The notes beneath the pieces were generated by a model. That model ran no database searches. It was not told where the DNA came from and saw only the letters and a list, made by a program, of their open reading frames with translations. This document shows, piece by piece, positions 49,902 through 64,000 of a stretch of 64,000 nt of DNA (position 1 is the stretch's first letter; each line of letters opens with the position of its first letter). The stretch lies in the NCBI RefSeq assembly GCF_964204865.1, contig NC_135255.1, positions 13,640,001 through 13,704,000 of the forward strand, given 5' to 3'. This DNA is from Styela clava (Eukaryota). The position numbers were made by a program, and so were the translations under genes.

Positions 49902-52900
49902 TCACACCACGAGTGGCCGCTGCTCTATCTTAATTTCTCCATAAATTTCTTTCTGCTTTATTACAACGGACCTAGCCTTTGCACATGCTGAAAATAAACC
50001 TCTGTTTAACGTATATACCTCTAGCTAACTAGATCTGTTTCTAATTCTGCCACTTACGATGCAAAATAAACTATTTCACAGGATATGTGCTCTTATCATT
50101 ATATAACACACCCTCTCTTTATGCACTTAATACAACTAAATAACCTACCGTATTTCCCGGCGAATTCTAGACCCAAATTGGCCTGATTTTGGAGGTGCCG
50201 TCTTATTGGGCGAGTATGATAATTTTCATTTTTTCGGGTCGGCGTATTATTCAATTCGGACCATAGAATACCTTGGGCGATAGCATCCCCATAACTTCCC
50301 GACAAGGTATATTTAAATCAATCTACGTTCTCGCGCTGTGAATCTGGAATTTCAACGCTGTGATTATCATATTTGAAGTTACCGCATTTGTGTGTGCATC
50401 ACGAGTGACGGGCTATTACCGATACCTTACCTTGGGCACAATTAGATTAAAATAGTTTGCATTCCCGTAGCTGTCATGAACTGAATATCACGCTACAAGA
50501 AAACGTCATTATGGGATATTTTAACGAATGTGCAAACGCGGGGAATGATCAGAAGCCGTTGCATAGTAATTTGAGGGTTCCATTACATTTGAACCCATGA
50601 CAATTGCACCTGCATACTATTTCACCTATGGAAATTTTTTTGTTTTACGGATATTTGAACCCATACTAACCCTAACCCATGGGTTTTAGCACCTGGATAT
50701 AGATTGAACCCGCGGATATACACATGGGTTCAAATGTACGTACGTTCACCTGATTTGAGATTCCGATTTTGATGCGATTTTACTGCCCGTCTTATTGGGA
50801 GGTTATGTGCAAAAACCCATTTTTTCAGGCATAAAAGCGGGGCTCGTCTTAGTCACCGGGTAAACTTATTTGCCAGGAAAAACCGTATATGTTAACATTG
50901 GTTCATACTTTAAAACCAACTACAATCACTTACCGAGCAGTCCATAAAACCTTCTAGCAGCTTCAGATCTCGAAGTTGATCTTGCTGGAGCAAGCATTGA
51001 GAATGTAACATGATCGTATTCTTCCCACAATGCTTTCACTTTTCTGAAGCAATTTAACAAGTTGTAAACCTGATTATTATGCTGTTTTCTATTTGTATTA
51101 TGACATATATTGAAACCCTACACAAGGAGTATTCAGATGCCCATGCAAAAATAATTGGTATCGAAATATAGTTTGATTAACTGCGAGTTCTTCCTACTTT
51201 TTGACTTGACAGTGCTGATAGTTGCCAGCAGGATGGTTGAACGATATAGAATTACAACAAAGGAAAATATAAAAATGGGAGAATCACAGCACAGTCAATT
51301 GTATGGGCCATACCAAATAAATGAAAATTTGTCAGATGTGTTTAGTGTCAAACGTCTGTCGTTTTTTTGCATGATTGCATTACGTGCACTGCTCCATTTG
51401 GAAGGACAAAAACAGACCGATTTTTTAGTGTCAAAGTCGCTCAATTATAGAATTTTTATTCAGTTTCACTGTTATATCTTGTTTTGCTTTGAAAGGTAGT
51501 CCACAATCTAAAAAATACTTGCGACTAAATTTTTTATTTGGTGAAAAGATTTTATAATATTCCCACACACAAATAGGCATTTCAAAGATGCACATCGACA
51601 TTCTAAATATTCATTTATTCTAAATCAAGCCGAGTTTATAGCTTGGTAAAAACTGGTGAAAAACATACTCAAGCACAGAAGCCTCTTGAAACTGATCCAT
51701 CCCCAGTTGCATATCATCGTCGATCAGTTGCAATGGTTCTTGAAAAGAAGGTTCTGTAACCACATCTGGCATATCTATGCTACTAGGTTGCTCTGGTACT
51801 GGTGGCAACAAGTCCCTATTGTTGTGAACATATAAAAACATTGAAATGTATTATATTTTTTTTTGTCAATTATTTGCTTGTACACAGGAAGCAAGACACT
51901 AAACATTACTCTCAGAATGCATCACATATGCTAAAAACTTTTTAGCTACTGTGACAAAATGCATGACCGTACTACTTCATGTCCATATATTCAAGCATCA
52001 CGCTCTTGTTTCTAACCAGCTCTTCAGCCCAGGTTCGAGTACCAGTAATTGGTCTATTACAAAGACTAAACTACAGAAAACGATTTCCATAGAATCTCAT
52101 ATGTATTTAATCAACCTATACAAATAAAACATTGAAAGGTCGTGGGAGCTAAATTTTCTACAATGTCTTGAGTTTTGAACTAAAAATATTCAGAACAACT
52201 CACATGTCAAATATATCTTCTCTTAGTGAAGAATGATCCTTGCTAGTACCATCTATAACAAATAATTTGATATTAATATTTGTTACGACATTCAAATAGA
52301 GTCTCACTCGCTCACAAAATATTCCCCTTCATTTATGTTTCTCTTTACTTTGTTTCACATAAATCAATATAAATCTGGTTAAATCTTCTCAAATTACTTT
52401 CTCAAAGGTGATTATGACTCTAATTACCTGATTTCGAAACCAAATATCCAGCACAAGTAAATGAATATGTTTCATGTCTCGGTTGCTGTAATTTTTGTAC
52501 CTAATTACTCATCGATTTTAATCGGTAAGTATGTTGATAGGTATTTGTCTGTTTGTCTGTTAGATGCACGCGATATCTCACGAAAGCGAGATTGAATCTG
52601 CTCCAGATTTTGCATGTGCATTGATCATATGTCGGACCAGAAGCCTATTGATTTTGGATGAATTATGTCGTATAATTAGCGAGTTCGATAAGTATCGATA
52701 AGTTCGGTCTCTGACCGATATTCTCGTTTCTTGGTTTGCGGCCCGCGTGGTCAATAAATTTCAAAAAGTGTCCCGCGACATGTTTTGAGTTGGAGACCTC
52801 TGTTCTAATCATATGCATGAAATCCAACAGAGAACACTATTTATTGTAGAATCGGATTTACAATTCGATAGGATGTCTTAATGATATGGCACCACAGCAT

Positions 52901-55900
52901 TTCATTCGTTTTCCAAATTATGTGGGTATGGGATTAGTTAGCAAGTTATTTTGTTTTCGGAAGCATGGACTTGACGGAGGAGGGAGCTGTGATTGACCAG
53001 CATTCACATAAACCACCCTGCGGCGCAAGAAGTCCAGCAATTCTTCTGCACATTAATATAATGGATAATACATTTTATTTTCAAACCTTCGGGAATATCG
53101 AGCATGCTCTTATTTCTTGTTGATCCTCTTCTTGTAGCAGGTCCTTCAAATGATGGATCAAGTTCGGGTACTGGTTCTAGTTCACTTAACCTTGATGCAT
53201 CTCTCACAGGAGCCATGGATGATTCATCAAGCTGAAACAATAGAATAAGACTGTATACTAGCATTAGATTCATCGATACTCCTGTAGTGTGTGTACCAGG
53301 TTAGGGTTGGATGAAAGTAAAATTTGATGTAAAGTAGGCGAACAAAATTAGTTACCTCCATATTGGTATACACGCTTCTGGAGTGCCGATTCATCAATAT
53401 TGAATGATAAATGATGTCGTGAATAAATAATACTCAGGCTTACACTAAAATACTTGAATTTAACTTGTTGTGTGATAAAACCAAACATGCCTTTCGATTC
53501 TCCTTCTCAATTTAAAATAAGGAAATGAAACAGCTTGCACTACTCATTTTTTCTTCATGATGTCACAAGCGAATAACTTTACGGGTTGCGAATAACTCCA
53601 CTTTTCGGGTTGTGAACTACTTCATTTAGAATCCAAAAATTCAAAAGTTTTTTCCCTATACAGATAGCAAATTGTATATTTGACATAAGCAGTAAAAAAT
53701 TAATTTCACATTCATATACCATCGAATCTTTTGATCTTGCTGCACTAATATCTGCTTCAATCTCTGGATCTTAAAACAAACATTACCTTATTAAACCATT
53801 GTCTTGCTAAAATAATCACACTCAAAAGTTATGATAACCTGTTCAACTTTACAACTGCTGCACAATATTCAGTCCGAAATTAACACTTTTATCAATGAAG
53901 TAAAAACATTTCTAAATTCTCATATTCATAATAAAAGCACAGTGTCATACATGTTATCAATGAAAACTTTGATAACAATTCCAATCTTCTACTTCAGGGG
54001 CAACTACTCTGAATTGGCCAGTTACAGATAATAGACTTGGTTACTCAATCACATTATGAAAATCTATGAATAAAAAAGGTTTATTTACAAGAGATAGTCC
54101 AACAGATAGGCTAACGTTTATATAATATAATAATAAGAAGCACAATGTAACAAATGGGGTCATCATGACGTTATTTTCAACATAACTTATATCCATAAAA
54201 AGAATATGTTGCATGTTATTTATCATGATTGCATTACGGTCCTAAAAATGAGTATTCAGAAGCCATGATGTTTAATTCTTGTAGAGCACTATGTTGAAAA
54301 AAATTTTTGATTTCAACTTTGATTAAATATGTATATGTAACATATGTAATACATGTATGTAGGGAACCTTGTGGCAAATGAATATCCCTTCTTATTGCTT
54401 GAATTGATTCATTGAATAAATCTTGAATGTCAGGTTCAATAGATGTTGTCGAATCCCTTTCTTGCACAGGCTAAACATGAAGCATGAAATTAAAACAAAA
54501 ATTATATTAATGTAATCGATATTATGAGAAATACCAGGCTTTCCAAATAGAATTGGAAATTTATGTGGAAAATATGAAAAAAAGGAGTGCTCACATATCT
54601 TGCAACTTTTTCATGAAGATTATGATTCTAGAACGGTGGTGGGCAAATTGCGGCCAGCGGGCCATATACGGCCCACAGACAAATTTTTCTGGACCTCGAA
54701 CAATTTCACTTTTAATGTGTAAAAACAAAAATTGCATATTCTGTGCAAGGCTTTAGCCATTTAACAAATTAAGGCAATGACTAACATGACGCCTGAAATC
54801 AGCAATTTCCTGTTCAACCACTGGAGCAATTCACATCGGTATTGATGAGGCCTTAGCTGATATCTGTGATTGTGGAAAGGATGAATGGAGTAGTCTGACT
54901 GTACCACATATTACTATTCAAAAGTCCTGTGCCCAAGACAAGGCTCGAGGCTTGGGAATAAAAACCAAAACATAAACATACCCTTTGATGATCTATCCCA
55001 CTACATTGTAGTACTGGTGTAGAAAACAACACGCTTGCAGGTACTATGTACAGCGGCTCTGCCAGTTGTTCCTACATGATTAAAGTAACATAATAATATG
55101 GCGTATGAGAAGTATCTCATGTGCCTGCCCACCAGCACGCACACAAAAACACAATTAAATGAGGCTTGGGCCAAACTTGAACAAACAAAATACACAATAG
55201 TATTAAACTTTCGGGCTGTTGTACTTTTAACAATTACGTTGATAATGACCCATACCTACAACCTCATGAAAAGATAATGTGGGATAGTCATACTCATGAA
55301 GCCATGAAAGCTTTAAAGAAAAACAAAGCCATGAAAAACTACACTGATTGCTAGATTGAAACAAACGCAAAACCATGGCGGCAAAATCGGTGTGCGTGTG
55401 AAAGTAATAATAGGCCTAAACTTTATATACACCCATATGCAACAGCAGACTGCGTTTAATATATAATTACGTATTTTTATCAGCGTTCAGGGAATATATA
55501 CCGTATACATAAATATATATAAAATCATATCCAATCAAGAAAACTATTTTGCTTATGAAATAGCTGTTTTTAGTATTGACTTTGGGTACTATTTTCTACT
55601 TGCTCATTTGCAATTGTGAGCTCTTTCAAGAAGCTATCTAGTCTTTTAGGCCGGATCAGTATTTAATTGATTGACAACACTTTCCAATACTGACATTAGA
55701 ATAGTTATATGCAAACCCTACCCTCACATAATCATCTTCAATCGTGTTCAATTTTGTTCTGAATTGTTGCCTGATTTCGGCTCCAGTCAGTCCAATCCTC
55801 TTGTCTATGATTAATTTTCTCTTTTTACGTTTCTTGGACAGAAGAAAACCTTCATCAATAGGGTCCAGTACAAGAGATGGCGGTTGAACTTCCTAATTAT

Positions 55901-58900
55901 CAAAAAAGATTAATGTTGATTCTATGTTGACATGGAAGAAGAAGATTAATTAAGTCAGGTCCAGAGCTTAACTTCTACTCTAATTAGACTACAGAAGAGT
56001 GTAGATGAGAAAAACTTAGTGAGCACCACATTAAAATTGGTACGCAATTATCATGATAAATATAAAAAAAGTTTAATAGATGTTGATAAAAAGAAAGAGA
56101 ATTATACCGATAAATTTTGCGCTGATGCACCTGCTTCTGGTGGAGGAAGCTGAAATTCTAGAAAAAAAAACAGAAATTGTTGAAATTAGTGCAAATAAAA
56201 AACGATGATTTTACAGAACAAATGCACGATCCCAAAATATAAATCATCAAATTACAAAAACTTTTGATATGTCATGTTGATAAAAATAATACCTGTAAAT
56301 CAAAAAGCAAAAAAATAAACCATTAAATAATCAAAAAATTGAGTAAAGATATAAGAAGGAAAGGAACAGATCAATCAACATAGTAAAATTTAGAAAGTGA
56401 CTAAACTGAACAAATAAACATTTTGCCATGAAAATGAACTTACAGGTTAATATATAAACACAGGATGCGAGTCAAACAATTGCCTAATTTGAATTACCCT
56501 CCCCCAAATGAAGCATAATTCCCCCAGTCCACCTACCTTCTTGTTCTTGTCCAACAACTGTGATATCTTGTATTGGAACAGCCAGTATAGATTCATCAAC
56601 ATCGGTTTGCCTTCTGCTGCTTCTTCTTATTTGTGGTGGCATTATACTGATGAGACATGGAGATTTTAGAAATTAGCTAGCGCATTTACATGTTACTGTG
56701 TACTTCCTGTGCTGTATGCTCCCACTGCACATCTAGTATTCGTGCACCATTTCTGATGCGGCTATCGCTACAGTTGGAGATGAGGATCCAGACTGTTGCA
56801 AATAAAGGGACCTTCAAATTTGGGATCCCGACACCCCAAATGGGGCACTAAATGGCACAATGAGGATGCGGTATGTTTCATGAAAATTATCACAGGTAAT
56901 AAAGTATCTTTTCTGACACTTACTCATGTTGAAATAGAATATTAATCGAATTAGAAACCAGTACTGTGACCCACCATCACCGAAATAGAGTCAAAATTTT
57001 ATCTCTTGTGTGAGAATATGCAAGCACCTCGGTCTCATTGAAGGTATTGTCAATTTTATTATTTTTCATTTTTTTACTTTATTTTCATTTCAGTTCCTGA
57101 GGGTTCCTGGCCGTGGTCAAGTGGTTTGTGATGAAAAAAGTTTGAAGAAAGGTGTTCTAGTATGCTTTACAAAATTTAAATATTTCTACAATGATTATTA
57201 AAAACATAGAGAACAGAAAACCAATCGATACCAGTGAGATCGCTCATTAATCAGTACATTTAAATAACACAGAAAAGTCGGTATTGGAGTAAGTGGCTCC
57301 TTGAAGAAATCGGCGAAAATGCTCCATGGAAATTTTTTAATTTAATACCATGTTTTCAAAATCAATAATTTGAAAATTTCATTCATACTAAATCTCTCTG
57401 AAATTCGTACTAGAAATGAAACACTAAAGGTCATAAACAAGAATATCGGTCGGAGACCAAAGACTTATCGACCGAAAGTTAGAGGATCCCCCATTCATTC
57501 ATTCTGATTCTATAGTGACACCGCGTGTCCCGTCACTAATTAATTGATAACTCGCTAATTATACGACATAATTCATCCAAAATCGATAGGCTTCTGGTCC
57601 GAGCTATGATGAATGCACATGCAAAATTTGGAGCAGATTCAAATCTCGCTTTCATGAGATATCGCGTGCATCTAACAGACAGACAGACAAATACCTATCA
57701 ACATACTTACCGATCTTAAGATCGATAAGTAACAATAGTATATGGGTATAGGGGCAAAATTTGGGTATTGGGTGCAAGTTAACAGCCTTTTAGCAACTTA
57801 AGTACATGAACTTTGAAACCTGCTGTTCCATTTAGTTGGGAAGAAACACTGTATTTCACTAACAACAATTTAGTAAGGATCCATAATGTCCACCTCGTAT
57901 CAAAACTATATGCCACAGTCTTATACTCACGGTGTTCCAGGTAACATAGCACCAGATGGTGTTGTGACATTTTGTTGTACAGTCCAACTTGGTTCTTTAG
58001 AAATTGATGGACCATCAAACATGGATGGAATGTTTGCGAATTCATGCAAATCATCAACATGAAACTGTCCTACTTCTCCCTGAATCAGGAGATCATCACC
58101 TCGCTGCTGTAAACAAGAGAGCAATGCTTAAATATGTGAAGGTTGAATGACCAATACGGCCAATGCGGTTCCAGCTAAATCTTAAAAGAATTATACTGAA
58201 TACCATATGAAGGTCTGTCTTTGAATTATATTCGGAAAGCAAAATTAAGAATTAAATATCATGCGCTGTAGTATTTGATTATCTCATGACAACAACATTT
58301 ATTCTTTATATGCCGTTTACTTTCGACCAATTAGCAATGAAGAATTCCAGCCTGAATACCTGCTGTTTTAATTTCCATAGCATATATTAAATTCAAAGGG
58401 CAGAAGAACATACAAATAAATATTGAAAAAGGACAGGAATAATTTAAATCAAACACACACTTCTGAATTTTGTAAAACATGATTTAATAGGGCCCACATA
58501 ACCACGTTCATGACTAAGCAAAATGTTTAGTTCAAATATTCAACTTCATAATCAATGCCAAGTAAAAAATCTTAAAAGTGATAAACTATAATTTTTATAC
58601 TTACTGTTTTTATATGCTGATTTTTTTACAAAAAAGATTCATCCAAATTAAAATGTATAAGACAGAATTTCAAACAATTGCAATTAATGTAAAGAAACAG
58701 TCAATAATTAAAAAACACCATGGTACGAAGATTGCACCATGAACAGTTGACCGAAGCGGTTTTCAGTATCAAAAACTCAACACAAATAACAATACATGTT
58801 ATAGAAGAAATCCAACTCAAGTTAGTCTGAAATATCCACAGGTAGATGTATTATCCAAATGCAATCCATAACACCACTTACGGTTTCCATGGTTGTAGAT

Positions 58901-61900
58901 ACTCCTTCTGGTAGAGTTATTTGACTGATATCGGCAACAACATGTCTATCAATCTTGCGACGTTTTTTGTCACCCTGGTAATGCATAGAGGTAGAGTTAC
59001 ACATACAGAAATTTTACAATGGTATAGATACAATTTGCTCGGAATAGAAATATGTCAAAAAAACGAAAGAAACAAAAACTGTAACTTTATTTACAACAAA
59101 TCATTGCTTGCCAGTGCTCTCACGGCGTTTAAATGGCGTTAAAAAGAAGTGAAGTAAGGAGTGAGAGTAAAGTCAGCGTAAAAGACAGTAGATTCCGAAC
59201 TCTAAAATTTCAACTTTTCTCAAATTAGATATTTGAACCTCGGGTGTCGCTGCTCAATAACCAGCTTCGGTTCCCCACGACTTCCCTTCCACAGTAAAAC
59301 TGTGTATTTATCATTACCTCGTAATTTGTGTTCGATTGTTGTTGATTTTACTGGTTGGAAAAAATAAACTTGACTTGACTGGTAAGCGAATGCCAATTGG
59401 AAATTTAATTTTTTTTATATGGCATCTACAACCCGCCTTTTGCTGCCTGAACAAGGCATTATACAGTATTAATGATATGAAACGAGCTACTATATATTTG
59501 GAAAAAAGGATCATATCTTTCCCGCTTCAGCATTGCCCCGACCCAATTTATTACGCCCTGGGTGAGGTGGGGTAATGATTATGAAATTTGAATCGGAGAT
59601 GTGAAATCTGTGATGCCAATACAGTCGAGTCTAACGCTTCAAATGCTTAGTAAATGCACCGCTTAAAAGTTATTTTCAATTAGAAAGTTGAGAACCTCAG
59701 ATGAAGATGATGATGTAGATTCCTCAGTGGTTGTATGAGGAGGTTTGATCGCCGGAAAATCTTCAAAGTTATCAGAAAATATCTTCCCAAACATCGGATC
59801 TTCATCAAAGTTTATGTCAAGTTGGAAATTCTGGAAATATAATGATACATATCTTTCAAAAAGGTGGAACGAACAGAGGACCTATTTCATTGTTCAAACA
59901 GAAGTCCCCAGCACTCAACTCGACAATAGTGTGTTGGGTATGGATAAAACACTCATCAGATGCACTCAGGCAGATGCTCTAAGTCTAAGAGTATAGACAG
60001 GTTTATTCATATAACAGTGTACATATGGGTCACATGATGAGCCTATCACTAGAGGAGAGATGCACCAAACTCAATACTGGATCCAAACATCATTTGTACT
60101 CCTACTGATTGAATGCTCAATATCAGAATAAAATTAGTATAGTAGACTAGTGGATTGACAGCCAGTAGTACCTCATCCACAGTATGGCAAATGATTGTTT
60201 AATGTATCTGCCAACAATCCTATAAAATGTTAGAAATATAAGTACCATGGACGATTTTAAAAAGTATAATAAACAACTGAATTTTCATCTCTGATGATGT
60301 ATTGTGTACTTTTAACAAAACTTTATGCTGGGTCACATCAAATCTACCGACGGGCTACTAACCAATATCTACCTGCCTTGATAATTTGACAAAAAGTGTT
60401 GTATAGGCGTTAGGAAATCTGCATTTAGGGTTTGGTTATTGTAGCTTTAATCTCTAATCTGATTTTATTTTTTTCTCGTTTTAAAATAAATCACCTGTTC
60501 CTTTTGCTTAGATATCTGACCTCTCTTGGATTCAGCAAGTTCCGTACAAAGTTCATGCATAAGATATCTTTTTGTGGCTGCAGATTTCCATGATGATCTG
60601 ACCTCATCTGAACAACATAATACATGAAAATTCAATATAATTAATATTATGAATAATATTATTATGGTCGTATAATAATATTATGAACTTATTATTAACA
60701 TGCTTGTCATACTTATATATCATGCTCGTTCAACCCCCATCCCGATTCAAAGTGTGAAAAAATATTATACACAGCAATTTCTCTTGAGACTTTTGAAAAC
60801 CCGCTTTTTTGGTTCGGCCAATCTTGGCAAGAGGAAGGACCCCTTTGAAAATTTCTGGCTACACCCTTCGTCATAATAAAAAAAGTAAATATAAATTTTC
60901 CCACCTAGGTTGAATACAAGCTGGACTAATGATGGTTGTGAGTCATTCAAATAAAAGCAAAAAACCTCCCAAAAGTACCACTTAAACTTACTCAAGAAAT
61001 AGGCCACTTTCAAATTAAAGCACACAATGACACCGTGAACAAGTTGAGCAGATAATCGGAGTGAGAATCCCTTGATATGCCCCATTCTAGGATCAGCAGA
61101 CGGTTTGATGTACTTTATTAGATCTTTGCTGAAATAAGAGATAGATTTTGAACATAAACGACAGAAACACTAAAATAATAGAACAAGCAACTAGAAAGAT
61201 TGACACTGATAGTGAGGTGGTTGATAGTAATATTGCCAGGATACAAAACTCATAATGGGATATTCCAAGCGACTCTACGGGACAATTCCAGAAATTTTGT
61301 ATGTTGTGATTTAAGGCTATATGACGCAATTTGTGTTGCTTACAATAGGAAATAATTGAGGCATGGCTGGTCAGAATAATTGTATTGTAACGAAAAAGTG
61401 CAGATATGTCTTTTCAGTTTTTTAATTTTAATCCAGCTTCCCAGTACTGACTGACTGATGTGTTATGGTAGACTATCGGTTTGTTACCTTATGGTATAGA
61501 CTTGTCTACCACAATAAAGCAGTATGGTTTAGTGACGTTGAAAATGTAACACAGTTGACCAGACTATTGCTGTATTGACTGCCTGTACAGCATTACGGTA
61601 TCTTTATACTAATATTCTGGCGATGTGCGGTAAAGTTACTGTACCGATGTAGCCTACCAGTAGTCTAGCACGCAGTCAGTACCGGTAGGCCTACCTGGTA
61701 GGACCCACATTATTACCGGTAGTCTAGCTGACTAAATGAAACTAGGCTACTAGGTACCGGTAAATACTAAAATAGCTATCGTCCAAGAAATAAAATAAAC
61801 TGATATCATTGATCCCTAGACACCACAGAAATTGCTTTGAAAACCAACCATGTTTCATAAACGTCAAGAGCATCCAGCTTTTTTTTCTTGATTTTCTCCT

Positions 61901-61973
61901 TTTTCATGGCTGCCCTCCATATCAGTGAAAACCTTCCACTTGGCCCAACGAGAAGATCATGAGTGTAAAACAT
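49902..61973 (-). CDS. REC8: Meiotic cohesin alpha-kleisin REC8-like, about 16 exons (first 61973-61849, last ~49987-49902; internal exons near 61123-60992, 60607-60495, 59831-59695, 58975-58882, 58106-57931, 56647-56536, 56158-56108, 55892-55723, 54471-54368, 53769-53720, 53232-53087, 52253-52204, 51814-51689, 51069-50934)
   Basis: The N-terminus MFYTHDLLVGPSGRFSLIWRAA...VYETC and FSLRLSAQLVHGV is REC8-like rather than RAD21-like (KIWLAAHW). The centre has KKRKRKLIIDKRIGL. The C-terminal winged helix reads FSMLAPARSTSRSEAARRFYGLL...KQKEIYGEIKI. Internal exon boundaries are approximate. Confidence 0.8.
52505..52728 (-). mobile_element. HINE/DINE-1-like repeat, copy 2 (inverted, internally deleted)
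   Basis: Reverse complement of 26983-27268, including the GTCTGTTTGTCTGT microsatellite and the terminal hairpin. Confidence 0.65.
57436..57732 (+). mobile_element. HINE/DINE-1-like repeat, copy 3
   Basis: AACAAGAATATCGGTCGGAGACC...ACAGACAGACAGAC...ACTTACCGATCTTAAGATCGATAAGTAA. Confidence 0.65.
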
Positions 61974-64000
61974 ACTTGAAATATATTTTCGTGATATTTA
62001 TACGATTCGTAAGCATTAAAACAAAATACAGACACCCAACTGCCTAACGCTAACTCTACAATATAACAACCAGCAGGAATCGCTGGAAAAACATCCGAAA
62101 ACTATCCCGCCAATTTAACGCGTCACGTGATGTAGCGATCGAAGTCGACTCCGTGTTAATTCGTTGGAGTCGACATACCGTATGTAGGATATTATGAATT
62201 CCGAGATCAGCCGAGGACAATTAGAAAAAAATGTTATCAATTATCATTTGGTAAACCACCTACCTGTACAATGTATTGTAATAGCATTTTTTGCACATTG
62301 CCCCGTTCAGAAAGCTCCCAAGCTTTTCAAATTAGGAAGGGGTGAAATTTGGGGGCTGGTAAATATTTTACTATTATCGATAAAACTATTTGTAACTTGA
62401 CCTATAAAAATAAATTATGTATTTGACTGACCATCTACACTGGTATATAAACCACTTTATGGATTTTCAGACACAAATATATTTAAGCTAGAAACTAATG
62501 TGTGGTGTTACATCTCAAAATAAAAGGGTGGATTTGGATTTTTAGTGAGAGTGTTCACCCCGTATAGGAAGGTATAGAGAAATCACTGCTTCGGTTACTT
62601 ATTTAAAACATTTAAATGGTACTAAAATATTTTCACAATTCAAAACACTATTCTCGACTAAAAAGAAATCCCATGGAAATTATTCTTAGTGTTACGGTTG
62701 AACATCTTTTTATTTTAATTAAATTCGTCGTTACGCGAGTACATTAGAGTTTCAAAATTCACATGCTTTACAAACAGAGCATAAATAAAGCATGCAATAA
62801 TGGTAGGCTATAGTAAAATCAAGGGTCTCATTATGACGGTTTGCAGCTGATATTATCAACAACAAACCACGACATCGCGTGAATCTATTGAACATATAAA
62901 TAATTGACAGCACATTAATGCAACAGCATATAAATCTGGTAACTTTCCATTAATTTTCAGAATGCACATATACTATTTACCGAACAAGTTTGACAGGTCA
63001 ATTCAAATATAAATATTCCAGTGTTAAAAGAAGGTACATTTGTTTGCTTTAGATTCTGCTTAGTCATGACCAAAGTAACTATAACAGCCACTTTGGTCAT
63101 GACTGCTCGATAACGCTAGCATTTTTATATTTTATAGGTGGGAAAGTGACGTAATAAATTTAGTATGATTTTGTAATTGAAACAGTCCACTATTTCCCGA
63201 ACCCGGCTTTATTCAAAAACCAGTTGTTTTGCAAAAAACTGACTTTTTCATTTTCAATTGCTAAAACAAAAGGACAATGCGATCGAATATTATGAATTAT
63301 GATGTAATTGACAGCATATCAGATGAAGATCTATTTGATATTTATCGAAGGAGGCGTTGGTTATGTGCAAATGTTGTCTTATACTTAATTACCCCCTAAA
63401 GACCCATATTGTTGCCATGGAACGGGATGGTGACGTCAAAGCTCCCTGTGCAAATCAAAATTGTGCAATAAACTTTGAATGAACTTATGCTTTAAGTGTT
63501 TTGGCTCTCGATACCGATAGATGAAGAGAGAAAGAGAGATAACAACTTCCGACTGCACCGTGACAGGCAAGAATGAAATTTTATGATTGTTCAATGATTA
63601 ACTTTAACGTTATATGATTTTGATAGAATTTAAAGGGCACGAGGCAGCTCAAAATGCACATTTCGCACCTGGCGTTTGACGAATACACAGTTTTAGTTGC
63701 TAAGCTATCCCAACCTTGAGTAATGCAGTCTAGCGTTGTCTACAGTCTGACAATATGTGCTATTCTACTAACAGCGATTTTAATAACCATCATCGTCGTG
63801 CTGGTGCCTGAATCGGATACACGTATGTTATTTGTATTTTTATTATAATGTAAACATTTGATGTGTCGTGAGTGTTAGCGCTCGCTTTTAAATGTAGTAA
63901 TATGCAAGCCCTTACCGGCGTGGTATTCGAAATCTCGAATACATTTATATTTTTGAGATTTGCTCACATATTTGAAGAATTATCTCAGATACTTCCGAAC

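Noticed and set aside
49902-61973. Calling the kleisin RAD21
   Set aside because: It lacks the highly conserved RAD21 KIWLAAHWDKKL and LRTSGHLLLG motifs; FSLRLSAQL and the C-terminus fit REC8.
62144-62173. GTCGACTCC...GGAGTCGAC palindrome upstream of REC8
   Set aside because: A 9-bp stem alone is insufficient to assign a function.
63270-63720. Acidic-then-RRRRW peptide faintly resembling a Harbinger transposase N-terminus
   Set aside because: Interrupted, with no DDE motifs or TIRs visible; too weak without a search.

Overview
This is AT-rich eukaryotic (animal) genomic DNA with spliceosomal GT-AG introns. It is not prokaryotic, and I found no CRISPR array, rRNA or genuine tRNA. The compact introns and repeat content suggest an invertebrate chordate such as an ascidian (inference). 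Gene order: DEPDC1-like (+), an SNRPG processed pseudogene (+), and ECHDC3 (-). The apparent 8.7-kb first intron of ECHDC3 holds an intronless same-strand ERAL1 and a 4.7-kb Mutator-like (MULE) element nested in a MITE. Diverging from these are an intronless DDX28 (+), an FKBP-like TPR gene (+) and a multi-exon gephyrin (+), which converges on REC8 (-). Three observations stand out. (1) The gephyrin has an intact reading frame and a canonical MogA/G domain, but its MoeA/E domain has lost most Mo-insertase catalytic motifs while keeping residues of the receptor-binding groove, making it a candidate pseudoenzyme or scaffold-specialised gephyrin. (2) A mirror-image layout places intronless mitoribosome-assembly genes (ERAL1, DDX28) inside or ahead of multi-exon genes on both sides of one divergent promoter region. 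(3) The MULE has ~1.04-kb TIRs that include the transposase C-terminus, and it carries a divergently oriented PHD-finger ORF. Exon boundaries were read by hand, and family assignments and reference residue numbers come from motif recall, not database searches.
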